From Azolla caroliniana (lineage: Eukaryota; Plantae; Polypodiophyta), in the NCBI GenBank assembly GCA_043228905.1, contig JBHGNT010000006.1, forward strand, positions 5,642,001-5,706,000: a stretch of 64,000 nucleotides of DNA, in the 5' to 3' direction. Each line of letters begins with the position of its first letter. The first letter of the stretch is position 1. Position numbers and translations under genes: made by a program. This document shows positions 54,165 to 64,000 of the stretch, piece after piece. The notes under the pieces are model-generated. The model saw only the letters and a program-made list of their open reading frames with translations, was not told the origin of the DNA and searched no databases.

Positions 54165-54800
54165 TGTCGTGAAGAAAACCGTCCACAAGCGGAATCGGTG
54201 CACCGGAGCATAGGAACCGACTCTTCATGCACGTACGCCTTGTGTTGTACATAGGAGAGAATTAGGGACATGGGAGATCCTAGGTAGGTAGATTCGGTAG
54301 GTAGGAAGTTAATAGGAAACGGCTCCTTCCTTGCCTATAAAAGGAGGGAGACGAGGAGGAGGATGGGATCGCGAAGTAAGAGAGGACGAAGTGCTGCCGG
54401 ATTGTGGGCCGAAGGCTTCTCTCTCTTCCAAACTCCATAGTTTCTTTCTGCGCAGGTTTCGGGAGGCTCGCGCTGCTCTAAGGAATGCCCGAGTGCTTCC
54501 GGCAGCACCTCCGACCTACTCCTTTCTTTCTGTGCGTTTACGAACAGGCATCGGCATCTGTTCGTCGACCTGTTCGGTTGTAACCGACTTCGCGTTCTTG
54601 TTGTTTGTCTTTGTTAATACATACATTCATTCGTGTCTATATGTGTCGCTGTCCCACTCGCGTTTTTGTGTCGAAGGGCCGTGTCCCTGCGAATCTACGC
54701 TCGCACGTAGTGGGTTCCCTTCTCCTTTCTCTCTTGCTCTTCGGTACAAGACCCCCGAGGTCTCGCCTCATTCCACGCATCCGCGAGGAATACCTCGACA
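54165..54800 (+). repeat. 5' LTR of the inner gypsy element
   Basis: TGTCGTGAAG...CCTCGACA, a direct repeat of 61173-61808 with about 15 substitutions and no indels. Confidence 0.96.
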
Positions 54801-54803
54801 TCT

Positions 54804-54821
54804 TGGTGAACCCGACGTGAA
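54804..54821 (+). promoter_or_regulatory. Primer-binding site complementary to the tRNA-Trp 3' end (inner element)
   Basis: TGGTGAACCCGACGTGAA lies 3 nt after the LTR and is the reverse complement of plant tRNA-Trp ..TTCACGTCGGGTTCACCA. Confidence 0.9.
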
Positions 54822-54843
54822 GGAGGCGGTAGAAGAGCAGAAG

Positions 54844-56971
54844 ATGAAAGGGTCGGATCTTGCGGAGGCCATGGCTTCGGCCGTGGATCGGATATTGAGC
54901 GCACGCGAGGGCTCCAACGCCCTCGACAGAGCCATTGAGGCGGTCGTCGGTACGATCGGCCGGCTCAGCGGCAAGGATGCCACGAAGTATTTGGCGTCCT
55001 ACGGGGCAGAAATGCTGATGCGGGACATTCCGGAAGAGAGGCGTCTTGCCGGGTTTCCTCGAGTGGCGATGCCGAGCATCCATGCGGAGGTGCTCGAGGT
55101 GCGGGTGGAGAGCCGTACCTGGGAGGAGTTCGAAGGCCGACTCCTGGAAAAATACGGGCTGGACGACGCGCTCCGGCTTTCGAAACGAGACTTCATGGAA
55201 TGGGTGGAATCCCCCGGCAAGGGAAGAAACGCGTCGGCACTCCTCCAGGAATTCGAAGAACGCTTTGCGCGCCTTTCGGCGCTTGACCGAACCGTTCTGG
55301 ATACGAGCCGGGTCCTACTGTTCGTCAAGTTGGTGGACGAGCGGGACCGGGATCAAGTCGGCTCCTTGCTGGAAACCGAAGATGGGCTGACGACCGACTG
55401 GGCTGCGGTTAAGAGAGTCTGTGGCCGTTTCGACAAACGACGAGAATGGGCTGACAACAGGGCGGCTGGTGCGGGCTCTGTCACAGCAAGGAGGCTTGAA
55501 CCGGCACCACAAGGGCGAAGGGAAGAAACCCGGGAATGGCTCGAAACCGGTCCGGCTTCGACCGGCATGATCAGTTGGCTCGTTCGGAGGAGCAGCGCTG
55601 GAGGAGTTGACGCGGGCGATAAAGGATCTCCAGATCGCCCAGACTTGAAGGGAAGGCGGCGAACCGGCTCGTGTCCGACGGCCGGTAGCAGGGAACAGGT
55701 GCATGTGGTGCGACGAGGTCGGCCACATCCGGAAGGACTGCGGCGATTTCGCAGAAGCGTTGAGGAACCGGGTGGTATACCTGTGGGAAGGCCGGGTGCA
55801 CGCCGGCGATACCAGAAGGGCCCTGAACCGAAACGACGGGCGAGGAGGAATGAAGAGACTGATGGAAGAGGCAACGGCCCGACACATGGAGGCCATCCAC
55901 TACTCGGCGTCGGTCGGCATTCGGGTCGGGGGCAGCGAGGCCCGAAAGGAGTGCAAAGACGGATTCTGGTCTGCAATGCTGGAAGGTCTTGCCGGCGCAC
56001 GACTAAGGAAAGATGAAACGGACCGCGTCGTGAGACGGGTCCAGGAATTAACCGGGTGGAGCGACCCGGTCGAGGAGAAGACGGGCTTTGTAGAAGCCGC
56101 CTACTGGAACTACGAGGCTCTGGTAGAGGACAAACGAGTGGGGAAAGCCGGAGCAGCCGGGCCTTCACAACGGTACGAGACCCGATTTGGGCAACGACGG
56201 AACGATGCCGGTGGGTCCAGCTCGCAAGATAACCCCAGGAAGGGCGGATACCGACTGGGGACGGAAATAGAAAGGACTACGGACCTACGAAAGGTCCTAG
56301 AAGAACGGATCCTCGACAACAAAGTGGAGCTGTCATTGCGAGAGGTGCTAGGGATCGCCAAGAAGGAGTTCCACGACTCCATTGTGGACTTGGTGAAACG
56401 GAAGAGGCTGTCGACGGAGACGGAACCGGAAAGACCGGTGGAGGTGCGGACGACGCACATCGACGACATGGCGCTGGAAGATGAGTGGGCGGAGAGCCAC
56501 TATTCAAGGTCGCACTGGGCCCGAGCGACCACGGAGACCCCGGTAAAGATCGGAGATGTTCAGGAACCGGTGGTGGCATTGGTGGACCACGGTTCGGAAA
56601 TAAACCTGATGTCCATGGACTTCTATAAGAAGGGAAAGTGGCCGATCAACACCAAGCACGGGTGGAAGATACGAGCGGCGACGCGCGCCACCGAGGAACT
56701 GCACGGGGCCTGCCCGAACGTGCGAGTCAAGATTGGCGACGTCGAGATTGACCAGCACTTCTTCGTACAGGAGACGTCCTCGCACCTGGTCATATTAGGG
56801 GAACCATACATCACGGCGGCGCGGATGGAGACCAAGGTGCTAGACAACGGTTCGGTGTACGCGAGGGTCAAAAGCCAGGACGGGCGCCATTCGGTCCAAT
56901 TTCTGACGGTGCGACCGAACCACCAGCGTAACCGCGAATCCCTCGGTGGCGAAAACCGGGAGGATTTTTAG
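54844..56971 (+). pseudogene. gag: Disrupted gag-protease ORF of the inner element
   Basis: Starts MKGSDLAEAM and has a frame break near 55570 plus an in-frame TGA. It then encodes the zinc knuckle CMWCDEVGHIRKDC and the aspartic protease motif LVDHGSEINLM, ending ..REDF*. Confidence 0.85.
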
Positions 56972-59900
56972 AGAGGGCTGCCGAGGCGTGGGGCCGAGAC
57001 AGCCCGGACACTTGGGAAAGACCCCACAGCTGTACGATAGAACCGAAACCGAAGAAACCTTGTACGATAGGTAGGAAATTTTGCTTCTCCAACAACGGAG
57101 GGTGTATGCTAGTCGGCATCGTTGGTCGAGAAAAGGCAAGGGCGGAAGTGCAACTTCGAGCGAGCGGAGTTCTCGGCCCGGACGAGGAAATCAGCGGAGC
57201 CGTGGAGGCGGTCTCCTTCGACAACACCTTGGGAATACCGAGGAAGGTATCCGGAGAAGACCTTAACGAAGACCAGACGATACCGGTATGTTCCGAAGAG
57301 ATGTACGAAGTCATCGCGAACTTCAGTCGGGGGCTCGGGTCGGAAGGTAAGGCCAGTCGCGGCACCCTTACCGGAGGGCAGCGAGTCCCGGATCAGAGGG
57401 GTTGCGTCGGACCCCAGTTTGCGAGATCCGGCCTTCATAGGACACACCTTCACCGACGGGACGCTCCGGGAGCTCAAGATCGGTGGGGGCGGGTTCCTAC
57501 TGCCGGCGGAGGAAGACCGGTTTCGGAGAATGCTCGGAAGGCACGGAAAGGCCTTCGCATTCTCACCAGAAGAGATCGGGTGCGTAGACCCGACGATCGT
57601 GGAGCCGATGGTGATATTCATGGTACCGCTGTCGCGTTGTTACGCGCGTGCGTGGAGAAGGGCGGAACCACGGGGGTCTTGGACTAAGGAGAAGGGGAGA
57701 AGGAATAGGACTTCGGAATGGAGCTTAGCACAAGAAGAGGAAGAATGAACAAGAGGAAGATGGAGGCCAAATGCTCAACAAGATATATTAGAACCGAAAC
57801 CCAATTACAAAATGGCGGCCGCGTAGGCCGCACCAAACGACTATGATAAACCCGAAACCCTAATCTGACGAAGAAGAAAAGAAACCCTAAACCTAACGCT
57901 CGTCCTATGTGGTATACCTTTCGCACTCAAAATAGGCAACCCCCACAATGGTGCTCTTCCTCTCCCTTTATAGCACAAGGAGGGAAGACCGTTACATAAA
58001 GGTGCTACAAAATATCCCCTTTCAATCAATGGGGATATTTCCCTTGATTTTAGGGGAGGTGGGAAGGATGGGTCTTAACTCCCACCTCTACACGAACTAC
58101 TATGTACCTATCTCTCTCTCTCACGTGGATGTGCGCGCAAAAGCACATCACCTTTACACTTTACAAATCCTAAGGTGCATTTCTAGCACCACACTTATCA
58201 CTATCGACAAATAGAAATACAACATCTTGATGTGCAACGTTGCACATCGCGGGTTTGCTTACTTCGCTCGGTTTTCCGCCTATGGATGAAAATCTTCACG
58301 ACACCGCATCTGCCGTGGAATCTCAAGCCAATTCTAGTACCGAGAGCTCACATCCCGGAGTTGATGGAGCTGTTGAGGCAGAAAGTCGATATGGGTATTC
58401 TCGAACCGTCGAGCGCGCCATACTCGAACTGATGGTTTACCGTACCAAAAAAAAACGAAACATTGCGCTTCATTCAGGACCTGCAACCGGTCAACAGAGT
58501 GACCATTCGGAACGCAGGAATCGGACCGACCATAGATGAGTTCGCGGAGGCCTTCGCCGGAAGGTCGATTTACTCGGTCGGTGATCTGTACTCGGGGTAC
58601 GACCAGTTCCAGCTAGTTGTGGAGAGCAGAGACATTACGACGATGCGAACTCCCCTCGACCTAGTGCGAATGTGTACCCTGCCACAAGGAGGGACCAACT
58701 CGGTGGCCCACATGGTGAATGCAATGAACAAGGTAGTGAGGGATTGCATCTTGGACATCACCATGCCATTTCTAGACGACATTCCGATCAAGGGGTGCCC
58801 GGTAGAAGAGAAGGACGCAACACTCGGACCGGATGGATGCCGGCGATTCGTGGCAACACACATCGATGACTGCGAGAAGGTACTACAAGGGCTAGAGGAT
58901 GCGAGGCTCACCTTCTCCGGGGAGAAATCGGCCTTCGGGCAATCAGAAATCCTGGTGGTCGGACACCTATGTGGACCATATGGCCGGAAGCCGTCTCCGG
59001 CAAAGGTAGAAGCCATCTCCGCGATGAAGACCGACTGTAGCTCGGTTACGGAAGTTCGGAGGTTCCTGGGGGCATGCGCATTCTACCACATATGGATCCC
59101 GCATTACGCCCACGTTGCGGAGCCGCTATACGGGTTGCTGAAGAAAGGGCGAAAATTCGAGTGGCGAGATGAGCACACGGAGTCAGTCCGGAAGCTAAAG
59201 GAAGCTCTTGCGGCAGCACCGGCGCTCCGGAAGGCTGTCTACGAGAAGGGTACCCCGGTATACATAACGGTGGATACGAGCCCGACCGGGATCGGATGGG
59301 TCGTCAACCAAGAAGACGAGGACGGCACCCGGTTCTCGATCCAATTCGGCGCGAAGGTCCTCAGTGAGCGACAGCGAGGGTTCGCCCAGGTTAAACGCGA
59401 ACTCTGGGGTATCGTTTCGGCAGTAAAGGCCGACAAAGACTACCTGATCGGGACGGAAGTGATTATCGAGACGGATTGCCTGCCAATTCTCGGCATGGTT
59501 TCCGGATGCGCGACACCGGACCTGGCGATGCTCTGGTGGATAGCGTACATTAAGTCCCTGGATCCGGAAATACGACACATTTCCGGAAAGGACAACGCCA
59601 TGGCCGACATGCTTTCGAGGGCGAGGTTTGATGACGAGGGCGGCATGGTTTCGGAGGACGAAGAAGTTGGCGTGGACTTCTTCGGAGCAGCTTTCGTAAC
59701 GACCGATGTGACGAGCACTCCGGCACTTAATGACTTCGACGAGAGCAAGTACGACGGCGAGTGGCTACAGATCGGTGGGTTCTTGAGGATAATGACGCCG
59801 GATGCGTCGTGGACGAGAGACGAGGCCAACCGAATCCGGAAGAAAGCTTACCGATTCTTTCTCCGGGACGGATACTTATGGAAGCACCCGAAGAAGAGGA

Positions 59901-61099
59901 ACGGCGTCCCGCTCCGGGTGGTGGCGATGAAGGAAGAACAGGAGGAGCTGCTGACGGCCTACCACGACAGCCCTTGGGCTGGACACCGTGGAACGTGGGC
60001 CACGTTTGAGAAGATAAAAGGGAAGTACTGGTGGCCGGGACTGTACCGGGACGTGCATCGGTTCATAACAACTTGCGAGAGCTGTCCGATGCACTCCATA
60101 GTCCGGCATCGGGACGAGCTTCACCCTACGTACCCTCCGACCATCCACTTCAAATGGATGGTAGATCTGGTGACGATGCCGATGGGCGTAGGACAGATGC
60201 GGTATCTGGTCCTGGCTCGGGAAGATCTGACGAACCAGGTGGAAGGCCGAGCCCTTCAGAACAAAACGACCGCGGCCGTATGTCGGTTCCTGATCGAGGA
60301 CGTGATATGCCGGTATGGGTGAGTCGGGAAGATCGTGGCTGATCGCGGGGAGTTGGACGCCGAAGAGGCCGAGGAGCTGTTCGACCGGCTAGGAGTCAAG
60401 CTCTCGCTTACCACTGCGTACAATCCGGAGGCGAATGGGAAGGTGGAGTGCGGACACGGACCGATCGTCAAGGCGTTAGTTCGGGCATGCGGAGTTCAAG
60501 TCGGGAACTGGCCGCGACTGTTGCCTTACGCGTTGTGGGCGGACCGAACTACGCACAGTTCGGTAACCGGATTCATGCCGGCAGAGCTCATGTTTGGGCA
60601 GAAGCCGATCATGCCGATGGAACGTACGATCTCCTCATGGGCAACCGTGGCCTGGAGAGGCGAGATGAGCCGGGAGGAACTGTTGGCGGCGCGTATACGA
60701 CAGCTCGAGCGAAGACCGGAGGACGTGGAGCAGGCTGCGGAAAAGCTTCGGGATGCAAGGACGAGGAACAAAGCCCAGTTCGACCGGACGCACCGGCTCC
60801 GACCGAAGAAGATCGAGGAAGGCGACTGGGTGCTAGTCTATGACAACAGCCTCGACAACTAGCACCGAGCAACACGGAAGTTCACAAGAAGGTGGTTCGG
60901 GCCTTACGTGGTACAAAGCGCCAACGACAACGGGACGTACCATCTGGCAAAACTCGACGGCACGAGAGTGGCGATACCGGTAGCTGGGAAGCGGATCAAA
61001 GCGTTCAAGAAGCGTCACGATGACGAGCCGGATCCGGATAACCTGGACCAGGATGACGAACGATCCGAAACCGAGGAAGAACCGACTGGCGGGGAATGA
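56968..61099 (+). pseudogene. pol: Disrupted pol (RT, RNase H, integrase) of the inner element
   Basis: RT: LRFIQDLQPVN, DLYSGYDQ, LPQG, FLDD. RNase H: VDTS, ETDC, NAMADMLSR. Integrase: H..GH..C..C, DLVT, DRG, E. Premature stops at ~58430, 60320 and 60860, a frame break near 57340 and a solo-LTR insertion. No chromodomain follows the integrase. Confidence 0.92.
57630..58303 (-). mobile_element. Solo LTR (674 bp) of a related gypsy family, inserted in reverse orientation into pol, TSD CCGC
   Basis: CCGC at 57626-57629 and 58304-58307. The minus strand reads TGTCGTGAAGA...CGCGACA like the neighbouring LTRs. Removing the insert restores the pol peptide IFMVPHLPWNL. Confidence 0.93.
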
Positions 61100-61172
61100 A
61101 GGCTGGACTGGTTTTCTCCGTCCCAACTCAATTTGGCGCATGCCGGTGGATGCGCAGTTAGGTGGGGGCGGA

Positions 61173-61808
61173 TGTCGTGAAGAAAACTGTCCACAAGCGG
61201 AATCGGTGCACCGGAGCATAGGAACCGGCTCTTCATGCACGTACGCCTTGTGTTGTACATAGGAGAGAATTAGGGACATGGGAGATCCTAGGTAGGTAGA
61301 TTCGGTAGGTAGGAAGTTAATAGGAAACGACTCCTTCCTTGCCTATAAAAGGAGGGAGACGAGGAGGAGGATGGGATCGCGAAGTAAGAGAGGATGAAGT
61401 GTTGTCGGATTGTGGGCCGAAGGCTTCTCTCTCTTCCAAACTCCATGGTTTCTTTCTGCGCAGGTTTCGGGAGGCTCGCGCTGCTCTGAGGAATGCCCAA
61501 GTGCTTCCGGCAGCACCTCCGACCTACTCCTTTCTTTCTGTGCGTTTACGAACAGGCATCGGCATCTGTTCGCCGGCCTGTTCGGTTGTAACCGACTTCG
61601 CGTTCTTGTTGTTTGTCTTTGTTAATACATACATTCATTCGTGTCTATCTGTGTTGCTGTCCCACTCGCGTCTTTGTGTCGAAGGGCCGTGTCCCTGCGA
61701 ATCTACGCTCGCACGTAGTGGGTTCCCTTCTCCTTTCTCTCTTGCTCTTCGGTACAAGACCCCCGAGGTCCCGCCTCATTCCACGCATCCGCGAGGAATA
61801 CCTCGACA
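61173..61808 (+). repeat. 3' LTR of the inner gypsy element
   Basis: Preceded by the PPT TTAGGTGGGGGCGGA (61158-61172) and followed by the TSD ACGT. Confidence 0.96.
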
Positions 61809-64000
61809 ACGTTCTCTCTTCCTCTTTCTCTCTTTCTTTCCTTTCTTTCTCTTCTCTGGTTTTAGGGTCTCTTCTTGCTCTCCTCTGCTTCTCCTTCGTC
61901 CTTCTGTGCGTCGAGCCTTGGCATCTAGCGTTTCGGTTTTCTGCCCTATACTCTGTGCAAGACCCCGCTCGGCGCGACAAGCCCGAGAGCTCCCCGATCG
62001 GCGGCTTAGCAGTAGACAACAGTTGTATCCTATGCGACCTAGGTCCGGCTCGAAGTCGGTGTTGAACCTCGTTGTCTTGTAAATACATATACATTTGGTT
62101 GTGCATATTCGTGTCTCTTTTGGTGTGCGTGTGTGTGTCTTAGTGTTTCTTTCTTGCTTATGTACATGAGGGTGCGAGTAGGGTCGGTGATGTGTGCGTG
62201 TGTGCGAGAGTCAATGTTGCGTGCCTGCTCTCTCTCTCTCTCTCTCTCTCCCTTCGGTGGCTTCCGGTGTGCTTCTGGGATGCCCCAGAAATGGTGAAGC
62301 ACGACTTCCTACGCTCCGTCACTCCCTAGTCCAAGACCCCTGTGATCCCGCCCTTCTACACGCACGCGCGAAACCTCGCGACATCTTTGGTGAACCCGAC
62401 GTGAAAGGCGGCAAGGGAGGATGGAGTCGGAAGACAACGACCTCGTGGAGATGGTGGCCGAAGTGGTGTTGGAGTCGGCACGAGTGGTGATGAGGCGAGA
62501 AGTAGCGCAATAAGCGGTTGAGCGAGCGGTCGAAAGAGTCGGCCGTTTCAACGGGGACAAAGTCCCATCTTACTTGGAAGCCTACAACGCGGAAATGGAG
62601 GAGCGAGACGTGGACGAAGCGTGGGCTATCGCGGTCCGTATGCATGTGGAAGTGAAGGAGCTCCGACAAGCTCATAGTTTGTGGGAGGCCTTTGAAGAGG
62701 CGCTCCTGCAGGCATATGGAGGACGGCGGAAGAGCCGGGGACGACTTGACTTCGACCAGTGGGTCGCATCGGCAAAGACCCACCGGGGCGCGACGAAGGC
62801 ATTCCGAAAGTTCGAGCGACGGCTTGCTCGGCTCCTGGAGCGGGAACAAGGTTTGGTGGGGGCGGAAAAAGTCATGTTGTTCATCAGGTTGATCGACCAA
62901 GCGGAACGGGAGGCCATCGGGATGGAGCTCGAAGACGATGACGAAGCGAATGGGCTTACGACGGACTAGTCGAAGGTCGGAAGGGTGTGCCAACGGCTAG
63001 ACGATGAGCGAGCCGAGAAGGTTAAGAGGAAGGTGCGCGACGACGTGCCATCATAGCGGGAAGAGGCCGAATGACAAAGAGAGTCGACAAGGGTCGGCGT
63101 TGGGGCCAAGATTGCGGATTCCGGAGACTCCGGTGGTCGAGCCCGTGTGCCGACATGAGACCGGAGAGTAGGAAGGCGCCGATGAGGAGTCCTGGCATGA
63201 TGTCAATGAAGAGGGATGGGAAACGGCCTGTGAGGAGGCCAAGGACGGAGGCGGCACGAAAAGATCGGCATTCCGATTTGAATGGAGCGTGATCCGGATG
63301 TGGATGACTCAACCGAAACCGGCCCAAGGCGCGAAAGACCAGGGACGGGCTATAGAGCCCGATCGATAGGGCTCGGTTCGGTACAATAGTGCCGACGTGG
63401 AAGAGGGTGCAAAACAGATCACCCTCTTTACATGAGGAGACAAGTTGGCTAGGCGAGGCCGCAAATCGGGAAGCTAGCGATCGAGGTTGCGGAGAGAGAC
63501 CGGTAGGTTTCGGACACCGCTGCCCGAAACTCCGGACATTGGAGAATCAAGTGCAGGTGACACTTGATCGATCGAAGTTTAGATGCTTCTCACCGAACGT
63601 GCTTGGGGAGCGATACCCCGAACGAGCGTCTGCAAATCATTATGGGACGGAAACACCACATCTTATCCGGAGACTCAAGCAACCGACAACGAGCGCCGAT
63701 GTGAGACCTGGAGAGATGGGAGATGGAGGCAGGTACGCGAGAAGGAGAGCAACGATGAGTTCGGGAGAAGTACAAAGGATGAAGAGGAGAACGAAGACTG
63801 GTCCTACGGAGATCGTCACACCGATATGGCAGTTGGCCTGAGTGCCGGCATGAGTCCTATAGGAGAGATCGGTGGGGACAGGAGAACGGGACCCGACAAT
63901 CTAGAGAATGACGAACGAGAACCGAGCGGAGCGGACTTCCGGATAACTATTCCGGGAGGGAGGAAGAGGAGGCCTATGAAGAGGCTGGGAACACTGTATA

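Larger units (their letters stand above)
54165..61808 (+). mobile_element. Full-length, inactivated Ty3/gypsy LTR retrotransposon (non-chromovirus), 4-bp TSD ACGT
   Basis: Two 636-bp TG..CA LTRs, ACGT at 54161-54164 and 61809-61812, a PBS and a PPT. Domain order is gag-CCHC-PR-RT-RNaseH-INT. Confidence 0.96.
53462..64000 (+). mobile_element. Outer gypsy element: 5' LTR (53462-54164 plus 61813-62383, ~1.27 kb) split by the inner element, then PBS and degenerate gag; runs off the window
   Basis: The LTR starts TGTCGTGGAG at 53462 and ends CTCGCGACA at 62383. The Trp PBS TGGTGAACCCGACGTGAA is at 62388-62405. The gag remnant (..RFNGDKVPSYLEAYNAEM..GLTTD) is homologous to the inner gag. Confidence 0.85.

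Noticed and set aside
54331-54843. N-terminal part of the 561-aa ORF and the matching 247-aa ORF at 61339-62082
   Set aside because: These are read-through of LTR sequence from a TTG codon. The real gag begins after the PBS.
1-64000. Conserved plant MIRNA genes (miR156, 159/319, 160, 166, 171, 390, 408)
   Set aside because: No mature-sequence match was noticed by eye. A computational search would be needed to exclude them.

Overview
A 64-kb land-plant nuclear window. That the species is a non-seed plant, probably a fern, is inferred from gene divergence, microsatellite content and retroelement type. It holds six protein-coding genes: a CIN-type TCP factor, a PORR-domain RNA-binding protein, a five-exon STICHEL-like/DnaX-like AAA+ protein (minus strand), a four-exon unknown protein with Cys-containing ~40-aa repeats, a two-exon plant protein of unknown function, and a CFL1-like WW protein (minus strand). 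It also holds tRNA-Ser(GCT), tRNA-His(GTG), a 5'-truncated L1 LINE, a probable Copia-like LTR and a ~565-bp-arm inverted repeat with template-switch scars. The last ~10.5 kb is a three-level nest of related non-chromoviral Ty3/gypsy elements. A full-length element with 636-bp LTRs, a tRNA-Trp PBS and a likely -1 frameshift after the protease sits inside the 5' LTR of a second element, and itself carries an inverted solo LTR. All three insertion sites are CpG-centred 4-mers. Coordinates and counts were read by eye and no database searches were run.
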